Shown: in pieces, positions 17,780 to 29,193 of the stretch
How positions within the stretch are numbered: position 1 is the first letter of the stretch
Layout: each line of letters opens with the position of its first letter
IMG/VR virus record: IMGVR_UViG_3300044859_002168
Coordinates: 25,854 to 89,853 of that record
DNA from: a virus
Reading direction: 5' to 3' (one strand)
Length of the DNA: 64,000 bases
The notes under the pieces: generated by a model
The model's database searches: none
The model's input: only the letters and a program-made list of their open reading frames with translations
What the model was told of the DNA's origin: nothing
Program-made: the position numbers and the translations under genes

Positions 17780-20700
17780 CTATTTTTGTACTTAAATCTT
17801 TAAGAAAATTATTCAACACTTCAACTCTTTTTTGGTTTTCAATTAATGCTGATACACCAACCGAAACCAATAGTTCATATTGTAAATTCTTATAACCATA
17901 TTTATCTGTCCAAACTAAATCTGGATATTTTTCTTCAATTTCTTGAGCAATAAATCCAAGATTCGTACCTGTAATTAGATATCTGTACTCTGGTAAATAA
18001 TCTGATAATTGAGGAATGTCCTCAACCCAATCAAATTTAACACCTCTCATGCTAACAATGTTTTGTCTAACGTTTGTGAGAGGTTTAATATTTGTTTTAT
18101 ATCTGGCATCTGACGGTGGTCCTTGAGCACCTGTGGCACCTTGAGCACCTTGTGGTCCTTTACCACCTTGAGCACCTGTACCTCCACTCGGTCCTTTTGC
18201 ACCTTGAGAACCCTCAGCACCTTGAGCTCCGTTACCACTCGGTCCTTTTGTACCTTGAGCACCTTGTGAACCTTGTCCTCCTCCAGGTCCTTTTGGTCCT
18301 TGAGCACCTTGTGGGCCTGGCGTTGGTGGACCAATTGACCCTGCAGCACCTATAGTTCCTTGAGCTCCTGTATTTCCCGTGGAACCTGTATTTCCCGCAG
18401 CACCTTGAGCACCCTGAGTAGAACTCGCGCTACCTTGAGCACCTTGGGCTCCTTGAGCTCCTGTATTAGCACCCTGAGCACCTTGTGCTCCTTGAGTTGT
18501 ACTATTAGCTCCCTGAGCACCTGTATTACCTTGAGCACCTGTTGCACCTTGAGTAGAACCTTGAGCTCCTTGAGCTCCTGTGGAACCTCCACCACCTTGT
18601 GAACCCTGAGCACCTGTAACACTACTTTGAGCTCCTTGAGCACCTTGTCCTCCTTGAGAACCTTGACCTCCTTGTGCACCTTGTACAGAACTTTGAGCTC
18701 CTTGAGCACCTTGTCCTCCTTGAGAACCTTGACCTCCTTGTGCACCTGTACTAGCCCCTTGAGCTCCTTGTGAACCCTGAGCACCTTGGGCACCTGTAGC
18801 ACCTTGAGCTCCTGTACTAGCCCCTTGAGCTCCTTGTGAACCCTGAGCACCTTGTTTACCCGTAGCTCCTTGGTCACCTTGAACCGAACTTTGAGCACCC
18901 TGAGCACCTTGTCCACCTTGAGCACCTTGACCACCTTGAGCACCTGTATTAGCACCTTGAGCTCCTTGTGCACCTGTTGAACCTCCACCACCTTGGGAAC
19001 CCTGAGCACCTGTCACACTACTTTGAGCACCAGTACTTCCTTGTGAACCCTGAGCACCTGTACTTCCTTGAGCACCTGTAGGTCCTCCTTGAGCACCTTG
19101 TGCTCCTTGAGAACCTTGTTTACCAACAGCACCTTGAGCACCTGTAACTCCTCCTTGAGGACCTTGAGTACCTTGAGCACCTGTATTACCTGTAGCTCCT
19201 TGAGCGCCCGTATTACCTCCTTGAGCACCTGTACTACCTTGAGTACCTTGGGCTCCTTGAGCACCTTGGGCTCCTGTGTTAGCTCCTTGTGCCCCTTGTG
19301 CTCCTTGAGCTCCTTGAGCTCCTGTACTACCTTGAGCTCCTGTAACACCACCTTGAGCTCCTTGAGCACCTTGAGCTCCCGTATTACCTGTGGCACCTTG
19401 AGCTCCCGTGGTTCCACCTTGAGCTCCTTGAGCACCTTGAGCTCCCGTATTACCTGTGGCACCTTGAGCTCCCGTGGTTCCACCTTGAGCTCCTTGAGCT
19501 CCTTGTCCTCCTTGAGCACCTGTAACTCCCGTAGCACCCGCAGTACCTCCTTGAGCACCTATATTACCTTGGGCACCTGTATTACCTGTCGCACCTTGGG
19601 CACCCTGTACAGAACTTTGTGCACCTTGAGCTCCTTGAGCTCCTTGTGAACCTGTATTACCTTGAGCACCTTGAGAAGCTCCTTGAGCTCCTTGAGCTCC
19701 TTGAGCACCTGTATTACCTGTAGCACCTTGAGCACCTTGGACGGAACTTTGAGCTCCTTGAGCTCCTTGAGCTCCTTGAGCACCCGTACTACCTTGAGCA
19801 CCTGTAACACCACCTTGAGCTCCTTGAGCACCTTGGGCACCTTGTTTACCTATAGCTCCTTGAGCACCTGTACTAGCACCTTGAGCTCCTTGGAATCCTT
19901 GAGCACCTTGAGCACCCGTACTACCTTGAGCACCTGTAACACCACCTTGAGCTCCTTGAGCACCTTGAGCACCCGTGTTTCCTGTAGCACCTTGAGCACC
20001 TGTGACACTACTTTGAGCACCCACAGAACCTTGAGCACCTTGGGCTCCTTGAGCCCCTTGAGCTCCTGTGTTAGCTCCCTGAGCACCTTGAGCTCCTTTA
20101 GGTCCTTGAGCACCTTGAGCACCTTGAGCACCTGTATTAGCACCCTGAGCACCTTGGGAACCTGTTGGTCCTTGAGCTCCCTGAGCTCCTTGAGCTCCCG
20201 TACTAGCACCTTGAGCTCCTTGAGCTCCTTGTCCACCTTGTGAACCTTGCCCACCTTGAGCACCAGGAGTATCATCCGTACTACCCTGAGTACCTTGGGC
20301 TCCTTGTGCACCTGTACTACCTTGAGCTCCTGTACTCGCACCTTGAGCTCCCTGAGCACCTGTTGGTCCTTGAGAACCTTGTGCACCTGTTGGTCCGATT
20401 ACAATACTCGCAGTTCCTTGACTACCTTGGGCACCTTGGGCACCTGTATTACCTTGAGCACCCGTGCTAGCACCTTGAGCACCTTGGGCACCCTGAGCAC
20501 CTTGGGCACCTGTATTACCTTGAGCACCTTGTGTGGAACTGTTAGCACCTTGAGTTCCTTGAGCACCTTGGGCACCCGTTTTTCCTTGAGCACCTTGGAC
20601 TGAACTTTGAGCACCTTGAGTACCTTGTGCACCTTGAGCTCCCTGAGCACCTGTATTACCTTGAGCTCCCGTACTAGCGCCCTGTGCACCTTGAGCACCT

Positions 20701-23700
20701 TGTGTACCCTGAGCTCCTTGAGCACCTGTGTTAGCCCCTTGGGCTCCCTGTCCACCTTGTGTACCTTGAGCACCTTGTCCTCCCTGAGAACCTTGAGCCC
20801 CTTGTGCTCCTTGGGGTCCTTGTGTACCTTGAGCTCCTGTTGGTCCTTGTGTACCTTGAGCTCCTTGAGCTCCTTTAATATTGGCTTGTGAACCTATCCA
20901 TTCTCCAAGGTAGTTAATAATCTGAACATATGTAGAACTACCATCCCACGCGTAAATACCTTCACCACTACTTAGGTCATTAACAGAAAAACCTTTAGAA
21001 GTGACTGCTTGAGTACCAATACTACCTACAGAAGAATCTGTGGATGATGAAAATGTTAAATCACCATTAGCATTAACTTTTTGAACCAACTGATTACCAG
21101 TGGCATCCTCATAAATAATAAAAGGTACACCACCTGAAAAGGTGTTACCTGAAGGGTATATTATAATATCATTAGCCATTAGTAATTCTCAATATATTCC
21201 TCTAACATAGTTAATCTTTCATCAACAGATGCAATGTTATTTTGATGTTCTTTAATACCTTCCACTAAATATGCATTAAGTTGCGGATAAAGGATATAGT
21301 AATATCCATTTTCTCTCATTCTTACCACTTCAGGGATGTGTTCTCTAACTTGTTGAGCAACAAATCCTAAAGAGTGTGTTTTGTTATTTTGAAGGTAATA
21401 ATCATATTCAGGAGTATTTTCTGTCCAATCAAACTCAACAGGTTGTAACATCATCAATTTTGTTAATGAGCCCTCTAAAGTTATAACTTCATTTTTAAGT
21501 CTTAAATCTGAGAAACAACATACCAACGTACAAGTTACATCTACAGTGGCTTGATACTCCGCTATTACCAAATTAATAAGACTATCACAACCAGAACAGT
21601 CATCTATATCATAAACTTTATCATTTGAGGTACAGTTAGGCATCATCACATTCGAGTAAACATTTGGCATTCCCATCGGCGCTAGAAAATCACAATCTGG
21701 AAATAATCCAACAAAACCAACATCATAACACGCAGGTGCTGCTGGAGGCCCTGTCGCTCCTTGAGCACCTTGAGCTCCTTGAGGACCTTGTGTACCTGTT
21801 GCACCTTGGGCTCCTTGAAGACCTTGACCTCCTGTTTGTCCTTGAGCCCCTTGTGCACCAGGTGAACCAGGAATACCCGTACCACCTTGAGCCCCTTGAG
21901 CTCCTGTATTACCAACACTACCATTCACACCTTGAGCCCCTTGAGAACCTTGCGACGGCAATCCGTCAGGACCTTGAGCGCCTTGTCCTCCGGTAGCACC
22001 TTGAGCACCAGGACTAATTCCTGTACCTCCTTGAGAACCTTGTCCTCCTGTTGGTCCAAAACCTCCTTGAGCACCTTGAGCACCTGTACTACCTTGAGGT
22101 CCAAGATTACCAGTATTACCTGTAGGTCCTTTACCACCTTGAGCACCTTGTGAACCTGTGTCACCTCCACCACCTGTGGGACCAACCGCACCTACAGAAC
22201 CTACACCACCTTGAGAACCCTGAGCACCCGTGGAACCTTGAGGTCCTATATTACCCGTAGCACCTGCATTACCTTGTGCTCCGGTATTACCTGTATTACC
22301 TTGAGGTCCTATATTACCCGTAGCACCTTGAGGTCCTTGTGCCCCGGTATTACCTGTATTACCTTGAGCTCCTGAATGACCTGTAGCGCCCTGAGCTCCT
22401 GTGGAACCTCCTCCACCAATAGCACCTTGTGCACCTGAATGACCTGTAGCACCCTGAGCTCCTGTGGAACCTCCTCCACCAATAGCACCTTGTGCACCGG
22501 TGTGTCCTTGAGCACCTGTGTTACCTTGTGAACCTACAGGTCCTGTAGCACCTGTCGGACCTATATTACCTTGAGCTCCCGTATTACCTTGAGCTCCCGT
22601 ATTTCCTGTGGCACCTTGAGCACCTGTATGTCCTGTTGCACCGGCACCACCTTGAGAACCTTGAGCTCCTGTAGAACCCTGTGGTCCTATGGCACCTGTA
22701 TTACCTTGAGCACCCGTGGAACCTTGAAGTCCTGTTGCACCTTGTGGTCCTACCGCTCCTTGAGCTCCTTCATTACCAAATACACCTGTAGGTCCTGTAG
22801 CACCTTGTGGTCCTATTGGTCCTTGAGCACCTGTTGAACCTTGAGAACCTTGTGGTCCCGTGGCTCCTTGAGGTCCAATAGACCCCGTACCACCCTGAGC
22901 ACCTTGTGCACCTGTGTTTCCTGTTGCACCTTGAGCACCCGTGTTTCCTGTTGCACCCGTGTTTCCTGTTGCACCTTGTGGTCCCGTAGCACCTTGTGGT
23001 CCAATATTACCTTGAGCACCTGTTGAACCTTGAGAACCTGTTGGTCCTGTTGCACCTTGTGGTCCAATATTACCTTGAGCACCCGTTGAACCTTGAGAAC
23101 CTTGTGGTCCGATGGCACCTTGTGGTCCGATATTACCTTGAGCACCCGTTGGTCCTTGAGCTCCTTGTGGACCTTTAGGTCCTTGTGGGCCAATTGACCC
23201 TTGGCTTCCTGTATTACCTTGAGAACCTGTTGGCCCTATATTTCCTGTCGGTCCAAGGTTACCTTGAGCACCGGTATTACCTTGAGCACCTTGTGGTCCT
23301 ATATTACCTTGTGCACCTGTATTACCTTGAGCACCCGTTGAACCTTGAGAACCTGTTGGCCCTATATTCCCTGTGGGTCCAAGATTACCTTGAGCACCTA
23401 TATTACCTTGAGCACCAACGTTACCTACATTACCTTGAAGTCCCACCGCTCCTTGAGCACCTTCATTACCAAATACACCGGTGTTACCAGTCGCTCCTTG
23501 AGCTCCTGTATTACCTTGAGCCCCTTGTGGTCCTTGAGCACCTTGTGGCCCCGTATTTCCTTGTGGTCCTAAAGCACCTTGAGCACCTGTATTACCTTGT
23601 GAACCCGTTGGTCCTGTAGCACCTGTTGGTCCTACAGCACCTTGTGCACCTATATTACCTTGTGCACCCGTATTACCCGTGGCTCCTTGTGCTCCTGTAT

Positions 23701-24460
23701 GTCCCGTGTTACCTTGAGCCCCTTGTGCACCAGTATTACCCGTAGCTCCCTGAGCACCTGTATGTCCTGTATTACCTTGAGCCCCTTGAGCACCGGTATT
23801 ACCCGTGGCTCCTTGAGCACCTGTATTACCCTGAGCACCTGTATTACCCTGAGCACCTGTATTACCCTGAGCACCTGGAGGACCAATAGGTCCTTGTGCA
23901 CCTGTATTACCTTGTGCACCCGTATTACCCGTAGAACCTTGAGCTCCTGTATTGCCCGTAGAACCTTGTTTACCTTGAGCCCCTTGGTCTCCTTGAGCAC
24001 CTTGGTTACCAATTTTACCTTGAGCACCTATAGCTCCTTGAGCACCTGTATTACCTGCAGCTCCTTGAGCACCTGTGTTACCTTGAGCACCTATGTTACC
24101 CTGTGCACCCGTTGGTCCTTGAGCTCCTGTAAGTCCTTGAGCTCCTTGAGCCCCGATATTACCCTGTGCACCCGTTGGTCCTACCGCACCTGTTGGCCCA
24201 ATATTACCTGTTGCACCCTGTGCTCCGGTATTACCTTGAGCACCTGTATTTCCTACGGCTCCTTGAGCACCTGTATTACCAATGTTACCTTGAGCACCTG
24301 TATTACCCGTAGCTCCTTGAGCACCTGTGTGTCCTGTATTGCCTTGAGCACCTTGAGCACCAACGTTTCCTTGAGCACCTGTATTACCCACATTACCCTG
24401 AGCACCAATATTACCTGTATTACCCTGAGCACCAGTATTACCCGTAGCGCCTTGAGCTCC
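14800..24460. repeat. degenerate 9-bp tandem repeats (consensus ccttgagca) encoding the GXQ triplets, in three blocks
   Basis: Directly visible; includes near-exact 66-bp duplications (about 19350-19490). Confidence 0.9.
17772..21179 (-). CDS. Gly-X-Y repeat fibre protein 2 (periodically interrupted) with S74 chaperone
   Basis: (GXY)6 plus 4-residue spacer units, then SDARYKTNI...GFIAQEI. Confidence 0.9.
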   Translation of the reverse strand: MANDIIIYPSGNTFSGGVPFIIYEDATGNQLVQKVNANGDLTFSSSTDSSVGSIGTQAVTSKGFSVNDLSSGEGIYAWDGSSTYVQIINYLGEWIGSQANIKGAQGAQGTQGPTGAQGTQGPQGAQGAQGSQGGQGAQGTQGGQGAQGANTGAQGAQGTQGAQGAQGASTGAQGNTGAQGAQGAQGTQGAQSSVQGAQGKTGAQGAQGTQGANSSTQGAQGNTGAQGAQGAQGAQGASTGAQGNTGAQGAQGSQGTASIVIGPTGAQGSQGPTGAQGAQGASTGAQGSTGAQGAQGTQGSTDDTPGAQGGQGSQGGQGAQGAQGASTGAQGAQGAQGPTGSQGAQGANTGAQGAQGAQGPKGAQGAQGANTGAQGAQGAQGAQGSVGAQSSVTGAQGATGNTGAQGAQGAQGGVTGAQGSTGAQGAQGFQGAQGASTGAQGAIGKQGAQGAQGAQGGVTGAQGSTGAQGAQGAQGAQSSVQGAQGATGNTGAQGAQGAQGASQGAQGNTGSQGAQGAQGAQSSVQGAQGATGNTGAQGNIGAQGGTAGATGVTGAQGGQGAQGAQGGTTGAQGATGNTGAQGAQGAQGGTTGAQGATGNTGAQGAQGAQGGVTGAQGSTGAQGAQGAQGAQGANTGAQGAQGAQGTQGSTGAQGGNTGAQGATGNTGAQGTQGPQGGVTGAQGAVGKQGSQGAQGAQGGPTGAQGSTGAQGSQGSTGAQSSVTGAQGSQGGGGSTGAQGAQGANTGAQGGQGAQGGQGAQGAQSSVQGDQGATGKQGAQGSQGAQGASTGAQGATGAQGAQGSQGAQGASTGAQGGQGSQGGQGAQGAQSSVQGAQGGQGSQGGQGAQGAQSSVTGAQGSQGGGGSTGAQGAQGSTQGATGAQGNTGAQGANSTTQGAQGAQGANTGAQGAQGAQGSASSTQGAQGAAGNTGSTGNTGAQGTIGAAGSIGPPTPGPQGAQGPKGPGGGQGSQGAQGTKGPSGNGAQGAEGSQGAKGPSGGTGAQGGKGPQGAQGATGAQGPPSDARYKTNIKPLTNVRQNIVSMRGVKFDWVEDIPQLSDYLPEYRYLITGTNLGFIAQEIEEKYPDLVWTDKYGYKNLQYELLVSVGVSALIENQKRVEVLNNFLKDLSTKIGG

Positions 24461-24742
24461 AACAATATTTGTAGTTGGACCTACCCATCCTTTAGTACCA
24501 TTTAAAACTTGAACACCATTAACAGATAAATTATCCGTAACGTTAAGATTTCTAATAGTAAATTCGGTATCAGATAATTTGAATATTGTGTTAACTCCGA
24601 CAATCCATTGGAAACTTGTTGTTGAACCACCTGTGGCAACCACACGACCTGTCATTGATGCTGTTCCACCATCAAAATAAAAATAAGGAACTGTTATACT
24701 TGAACCATCCCCCTCGGGATAAATAGTAATATTTTTAGGCAT
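21179..24742 (-). CDS. Gly-X-Y repeat fibre protein 3 with Cys-rich tip and S74 chaperone
   Basis: GAQ/GNT/GPQ triplets, Cys-rich segment, SDLRLKNEV...GFVAQQV. Confidence 0.9.
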   Translation of the reverse strand: MPKNITIYPEGDGSSITVPYFYFDGGTASMTGRVVATGGSTTSFQWIVGVNTIFKLSDTEFTIRNLNVTDNLSVNGVQVLNGTKGWVGPTTNIVGAQGATGNTGAQGNTGNIGAQGNVGNTGAQGNVGAQGAQGNTGHTGAQGATGNTGAQGNIGNTGAQGAVGNTGAQGNTGAQGATGNIGPTGAVGPTGAQGNIGAQGAQGLTGAQGPTGAQGNIGAQGNTGAQGAAGNTGAQGAIGAQGKIGNQGAQGDQGAQGKQGSTGNTGAQGSTGNTGAQGNTGAQGPIGPPGAQGNTGAQGNTGAQGNTGAQGATGNTGAQGAQGNTGHTGAQGATGNTGAQGAQGNTGHTGAQGATGNTGAQGNIGAQGAVGPTGATGPTGSQGNTGAQGALGPQGNTGPQGAQGPQGAQGNTGAQGATGNTGVFGNEGAQGAVGLQGNVGNVGAQGNIGAQGNLGPTGNIGPTGSQGSTGAQGNTGAQGNIGPQGAQGNTGAQGNLGPTGNIGPTGSQGNTGSQGSIGPQGPKGPQGAQGPTGAQGNIGPQGAIGPQGSQGSTGAQGNIGPQGATGPTGSQGSTGAQGNIGPQGATGPQGATGNTGATGNTGAQGATGNTGAQGAQGGTGSIGPQGATGPQGSQGSTGAQGPIGPQGATGPTGVFGNEGAQGAVGPQGATGLQGSTGAQGNTGAIGPQGSTGAQGSQGGAGATGHTGAQGATGNTGAQGNTGAQGNIGPTGATGPVGSQGNTGAQGHTGAQGAIGGGGSTGAQGATGHSGAQGAIGGGGSTGAQGATGHSGAQGNTGNTGAQGPQGATGNIGPQGNTGNTGAQGNAGATGNIGPQGSTGAQGSQGGVGSVGAVGPTGGGGDTGSQGAQGGKGPTGNTGNLGPQGSTGAQGAQGGFGPTGGQGSQGGTGISPGAQGATGGQGAQGPDGLPSQGSQGAQGVNGSVGNTGAQGAQGGTGIPGSPGAQGAQGQTGGQGLQGAQGATGTQGPQGAQGAQGATGPPAAPACYDVGFVGLFPDCDFLAPMGMPNVYSNVMMPNCTSNDKVYDIDDCSGCDSLINLVIAEYQATVDVTCTLVCCFSDLRLKNEVITLEGSLTKLMMLQPVEFDWTENTPEYDYYLQNNKTHSLGFVAQQVREHIPEVVRMRENGYYYILYPQLNAYLVEGIKEHQNNIASVDERLTMLEEYIENY

Positions 24743-24761
24743 ATTTGGATTTTATACTCTC

Positions 24762-24769
24762 TATAAATA
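24762..24769 (-). promoter_or_regulatory. phage-type TATTTATA motif heading the fibre operon
   Basis: 19 nt upstream of the ATG at 24742. Confidence 0.65.
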
Positions 24770-24807
24770 CAAGGAGTTTTAAAACAAATCAAGAAAAAAC
24801 CATTAAA

Positions 24808-24833
24808 ATAAAAAAGGATGGTCACCCATCCTT
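24808..24833 (-). terminator. intrinsic terminator
   Basis: AAGGATGG/CCATCCTT stem with a T-run on the minus strand. Confidence 0.7.
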
Positions 24834-24836
24834 CAA

Positions 24837-25118
24837 TTATTTTATTAAATGTTTTTTTACTATGTCTAATGCCTCGGTGAGCTCATTATAATCTCTTTCG
24901 GGAGCATATAAAAATGATTTACGTTTTTCACCACCATCTTTAATAATCATAAGTGCGGGTATGTAATCATTTTCAGTCGCTTCAACAAACAAATTATATT
25001 CATCAGAGTATTTGTCAATGTCTCGGTCAATGAATCTAATTTTGTTTTCTTTGAGCATGTCCTTAAACTCCGTGCAGAAAGGACATCCCTTCATAGTATA
25101 AACAACAACCGTGGTCAT
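24837..25118 (-). CDS. glutaredoxin-like protein
   Basis: VYTMKGCPFC, YIPA cis-Pro motif. Confidence 0.85.
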   Translation of the reverse strand: MTTVVVYTMKGCPFCTEFKDMLKENKIRFIDRDIDKYSDEYNLFVEATENDYIPALMIIKDGGEKRKSFLYAPERDYNELTEALDIVKKHLIK

Positions 25119-25429
25119 TAATACTGTTCCATAAGTTCCATTATCTGTTGTTGTGTCAAAACTCCTGAATTGGTTTTAACTACTTCACCATCTTTGAAAA
25201 TTTTTACTGTAGGTACAGAACGGATTCCCATCTCTGATGTTAGTTCACGGTCTGAATCCACATCATATTTGAACATCTCCATTGGGAGTTCTTGACCACT
25301 GTCTGCAAGTTTTTGCATATTTCCCATTAATACTTTACACGGCCCACACCAAGTGGCATACATGTCCAAAAAGAAAGTCTCTTTGTTTGAAATCTTTTCT
25401 CTAATCTCTTCTGCTGTAAGTTGTTTCAT
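25118..25429 (-). CDS. trxA: thioredoxin
   Basis: ATWCGPCK, IRSVPT, FKDG. Confidence 0.9.
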   Translation of the reverse strand: MKQLTAEEIREKISNKETFFLDMYATWCGPCKVLMGNMQKLADSGQELPMEMFKYDVDSDRELTSEMGIRSVPTVKIFKDGEVVKTNSGVLTQQQIMELMEQY

Positions 25430-25433
25430 AATT

Positions 25434-25748
25434 TTAAATATTTGTATTTTTTTTAGTTGTTAGACTTTTAATAAAGAAGTTTACGTCTGTTGTTTGTTCA
25501 GGATAAAAATAAATATCCATAGTATATGTTGGACCCCCACCTCTTTCGTAATGTAATATAAATCCGTTGATGGTCTTGTAAACAATCTCACGATATTCCT
25601 CTGAAGTGTGAACCTTATCAAAATAAAGACAGGTAATTTTACCACTGTCTGTATTTGGTAAACCACAATCTATACTTCTTATTACCGAAAATATTTTACC
25701 GGTAGACTCTTCAATTTTTCGTACAACGAAATGGTGTTTTGGAAACAT
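25434..25748 (-). CDS. hypothetical protein
   Basis: 104 aa ORF in an operon. Confidence 0.65.
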   Translation of the reverse strand: MFPKHHFVVRKIEESTGKIFSVIRSIDCGLPNTDSGKITCLYFDKVHTSEEYREIVYKTINGFILHYERGGGPTYTMDIYFYPEQTTDVNFFIKSLTTKKNTNI

Positions 25749-25758
25749 AGTTTTAAAG

Positions 25759-27402
25759 TTAAATTAAAAAATCAAAAAATGAAGATGAATTTCTATCCAT
25801 TTCAAAACCATTATCATCTACCCACTTAAACCCAAAACCATTCTCATTTGGTTTTAATTTATACTGATATGTTTTTGATTTGGTTTCTTTTTTCAAACCC
25901 ATAATAAAAACAAATTTACGGAGGTTTTTGTTTACCATGTCATCCACAAAGTTTAAGGCTTCGTTCCAACACTCATCCAAGTTCTTATTGTATTTTGCCA
26001 AGTATTGAACTCTTTTCATAAGATATTTTCCATGAGTTATTGAAACTTCGTATTCTACCGTAGCCCTTTCATCACCTTTTCTTAATGATAATACAAAAGA
26101 AGATGTTTTATCAACATACCCTCTGACGCAGTTATATTGATGAGAACTCTCCTCATTGAAATCGTCAGTAGTTAATAATACTTTAGGGTGATACTTCTCA
26201 CCGTTAATTTCAAACGATTTGAATTCATTTAAAAATCCATCAGAATAGATTCGTGTGAATTTACCAATAACATAAGATTGTTTCAGTTCAGACAAAAATT
26301 GATGTTCTTGTGAAAAGTCAACAATGTTTTTACTTTCCCATTTTACATCTTCACCAACTTCTTTGAGGTAGTTCAATAATTTGATATGGTCAACAAAGGT
26401 ACTGAAAGATGTCTTACTCCATATAAATTTTTTAAACATATCAAAACACCTTTTCTTTTCACCAATTGACCAGTTAGAAATACTGATATTTGTTTCACTA
26501 CTGCTAATCTGGTGTTGATTATTAAATAATTCCGTTAATAATTCATCGTCCTGATGAATCCATTCGGTACCAAATAAATTTATAGCAATTCTATACCAAC
26601 CCAAATTTACAAATGATATTTTATGTAGAACTTTTTTAACTTTATCACCTTTAAGATTATTACGGAGCATAAAGGCATCCACATACTTCATCTTTGTTTT
26701 CTTAAACTCCTTCATCGTTGGTAGGAAATCAAGTTTTCCGTGACCCGAGGTAAACAAATTTACATTGTTAGGGTATTTTATACCCTTTTTTGTCAGATAA
26801 AAAATATACAACAAATGAATGGGACTGGATGGTAAGAAAGTTCTACTTTCCATATGGGTAATCATTTCATACTTGAATATGTTTAACAAGTAATCAATAT
26901 ATTCATTTCTTTCATCTTTATCTTTAATATAAGGAAAAAAGAAATCCGAAAGAATACCAGGTAAAAAAGAGACTGTTGCATCGTAAAAACAATTTCTTCT
27001 TATATGTTTAGTTCGTTTTATTTTGTTTTGGTAGTTCAATAACTTTCCTTGGTAGAAATCACCTGTAACCAAATTTACAGTAATAAACCACATGTGTTTC
27101 TTTTCCTTAAAATAAGATGTACCCCTTGTTCGGGTTTTGAATTTTTCATACATCTTAATGGATAACTTATCACCCACTCTTTCAATATAAAAAGTCTTCG
27201 TATGACAACTCACACTCGCCATAGGGTCGGCAAAGTGTTTTACATACATCTCCTCGTCGTCATTATATTCTTGAGCCGTTCTGAATAACAGCTTTCCATC
27301 CTTACCATAACGTTTTGACGATATCGGATATGTATTGGATTCTTGGTGTAACCCAACCCAATATGTTTTACGTAAATCTGAAAAAATAACTTTTCTATCC
27401 AT
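25759..27402 (-). CDS. PcfJ-like domain protein
   Basis: C-terminal E.SHQYNCVRGY...LSLR...RATVE...Q...YN; TATCTTTG promoter at 27432-27439. Confidence 0.7.
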   Translation of the reverse strand: MDRKVIFSDLRKTYWVGLHQESNTYPISSKRYGKDGKLLFRTAQEYNDDEEMYVKHFADPMASVSCHTKTFYIERVGDKLSIKMYEKFKTRTRGTSYFKEKKHMWFITVNLVTGDFYQGKLLNYQNKIKRTKHIRRNCFYDATVSFLPGILSDFFFPYIKDKDERNEYIDYLLNIFKYEMITHMESRTFLPSSPIHLLYIFYLTKKGIKYPNNVNLFTSGHGKLDFLPTMKEFKKTKMKYVDAFMLRNNLKGDKVKKVLHKISFVNLGWYRIAINLFGTEWIHQDDELLTELFNNQHQISSSETNISISNWSIGEKKRCFDMFKKFIWSKTSFSTFVDHIKLLNYLKEVGEDVKWESKNIVDFSQEHQFLSELKQSYVIGKFTRIYSDGFLNEFKSFEINGEKYHPKVLLTTDDFNEESSHQYNCVRGYVDKTSSFVLSLRKGDERATVEYEVSITHGKYLMKRVQYLAKYNKNLDECWNEALNFVDDMVNKNLRKFVFIMGLKKETKSKTYQYKLKPNENGFGFKWVDDNGFEMDRNSSSFFDFLI

Positions 27403-27462
27403 CTTAAAAAAGTGCCATATCCAACACCTAACAAAGATAATGAAAAAAATTAAATGAAAAAC

Positions 27463-27741
27463 TTAGTTTAGAAAAATATTTCCGAATTTTGTTTCAAGTA
27501 TGAATGACTCAATTTTTGATTTCTTCTTAGAACCACCATTAATCATCACACAAATGTCAATAAGTTGTTTTTGAGTAAGGGATATTTCTTTACCTTCTTC
27601 AGCGTTGGAATCTGCAACCTCCCTAACCTTTTCATAAAAATCATCCTTTAGATTCAAAGGAATAAGATTTGCCAAGTCATCAGGGTTCTGATTGAAGAAC
27701 CTTTTGAATTCTGATAAATAGATTTGAACATCGACGTTCAT
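27463..27741 (-). CDS. hypothetical protein
   Basis: 92 aa ORF. Confidence 0.7.
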   Translation of the reverse strand: MNVDVQIYLSEFKRFFNQNPDDLANLIPLNLKDDFYEKVREVADSNAEEGKEISLTQKQLIDICVMINGGSKKKSKIESFILETKFGNIFLN

Positions 27742-27754
27742 AGTAAAAAATCAA

Positions 27755-29143
27755 TTATAAAGTTTCATCATCTTGTGAGAACTTGTCCCACATACCCGTT
27801 TCCATTTCAGACCAACCATTAGCTTCCAATGACTTAGGAGCCGATGATACCCCAGTATTCTTAAAGTTGATAAATTCCAAACTTTCCATAGTCGCCAAAC
27901 ATTCAGGTAAACTTGTCAATTTAGGGTTATCCATAACACCCAAAATGTTTAACTTACTTAACTGACAAACATAATCGGGTATAGAATCAACACAATTTAC
28001 TAACACTAAATGTTTAAGGTTTTGAAATCTTGTAATTGAAGATGGAATGTTAATGATAGCGTCACTGTCTCTATTTTTAATTTTAATTTGTTCCAAAGTT
28101 TCAGGTAAAGAATTAAATAGTTCTTCTAATCCAAAAATACTCACAAATTTACCAACTATACCGGAATTAAAACCGTCAATCTTTAGGTCCCTACCCGAAC
28201 CAACAACTAAAGATTTTGCAAATTCAGGCTTAAAAAATTCTTTAAGTTCAGGATTTTCTTTGAAGAAAGAATGTAAATTAATTTGGTCATCATCAGCATC
28301 CATAAATTGTTGGTCAGGAAAATGGAATTGGTATCTTTCCCCTGAAAGTCCACTTACTCTACCAACTTCATCTCCGAAACCACCAAAAATTCTTGGTTGG
28401 TTAGGAATAATAACAAAAAGTGGACCTTTACTAATATAATATTTAAAATTTCTATCATAACCCGGAGATGATGTGCACCAATCTGTTTCACCCTGACCAG
28501 GTCCTAACATATTTCCGCCATAATAACATGCGGCATCTCGACCTAATTCATCACCACGTGAAATTTTAACGATAGTCCACTTCGGTCCTCTATAAACAAC
28601 ATCAGCACCAGGATGTTCATATGTTCTTGAGGCGACTTTCTTTTCATCTCTTGTGGCTTTTTCTTTCTCTAAAGAAAAACTTGAGACTAAGTTTTCTAAT
28701 GTATCTATAGATAACTTATCAATATTCCTAAATTCAACATCTAATCTATTTTTGAACCTATCAAACTTCCTCAAATTTTGTGTAACCTTTATTAAGTCCT
28801 CCCAAAATAATCGTTTAGTCTTTTTTAATTGTTCTTTATACAATTTACTATTTGGTTCAATAATTTGACCATCTTCATCTGTAGGTTTAAGGTTAAGATA
28901 TTGTTTAATAATCCATTGAACATACGGACCCGTTTTTTTAAAACTTGACCAATCACCATCAAAATTGTCAATGTCAACACCTTCTTCAACTTTAGTCAAG
29001 GGGTCTGCCACGGCAAGTGCAAAAAGTTCTTCCGCTGTTAATAAAGATTCCTTTCCTTTTATGGGTTTCAAAAATTTATTAGATAAAACGTCTATTCTTG
29101 CATCTTCAAGAATAACGTTTTTTAAAATTTCATAGAATTTCAT
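27755..29143 (-). CDS. WCT-motif domain plus C-terminal leucine-rich-repeat protein, paralog A
   Basis: YYGGN...TDWCTS...YQFHF; LRRs IPSSITRFQNLKHLVL, LSKLNILGV, LTSLPECL. Confidence 0.75.
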   Translation of the reverse strand: MKFYEILKNVILEDARIDVLSNKFLKPIKGKESLLTAEELFALAVADPLTKVEEGVDIDNFDGDWSSFKKTGPYVQWIIKQYLNLKPTDEDGQIIEPNSKLYKEQLKKTKRLFWEDLIKVTQNLRKFDRFKNRLDVEFRNIDKLSIDTLENLVSSFSLEKEKATRDEKKVASRTYEHPGADVVYRGPKWTIVKISRGDELGRDAACYYGGNMLGPGQGETDWCTSSPGYDRNFKYYISKGPLFVIIPNQPRIFGGFGDEVGRVSGLSGERYQFHFPDQQFMDADDDQINLHSFFKENPELKEFFKPEFAKSLVVGSGRDLKIDGFNSGIVGKFVSIFGLEELFNSLPETLEQIKIKNRDSDAIINIPSSITRFQNLKHLVLVNCVDSIPDYVCQLSKLNILGVMDNPKLTSLPECLATMESLEFINFKNTGVSSAPKSLEANGWSEMETGMWDKFSQDDETL

Positions 29144-29193
29144 AAAATTGAAAGTTTACATTAATAAATAGTCAGATAAAACTAATCTAATTA

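Noticed and set aside
14800-24460. Possible CRISPR array or DGR template in the repeats
   Set aside because: The repeats are in-frame coding triplets with no unique spacers, and there is no cas or reverse transcriptase gene in the window
14788-24505. Many long alternative-frame ORFs (VLKVHK-, STLSTL- and LEHL-type)
   Set aside because: Shadow frames of the stop-poor 9-bp GXQ repeat
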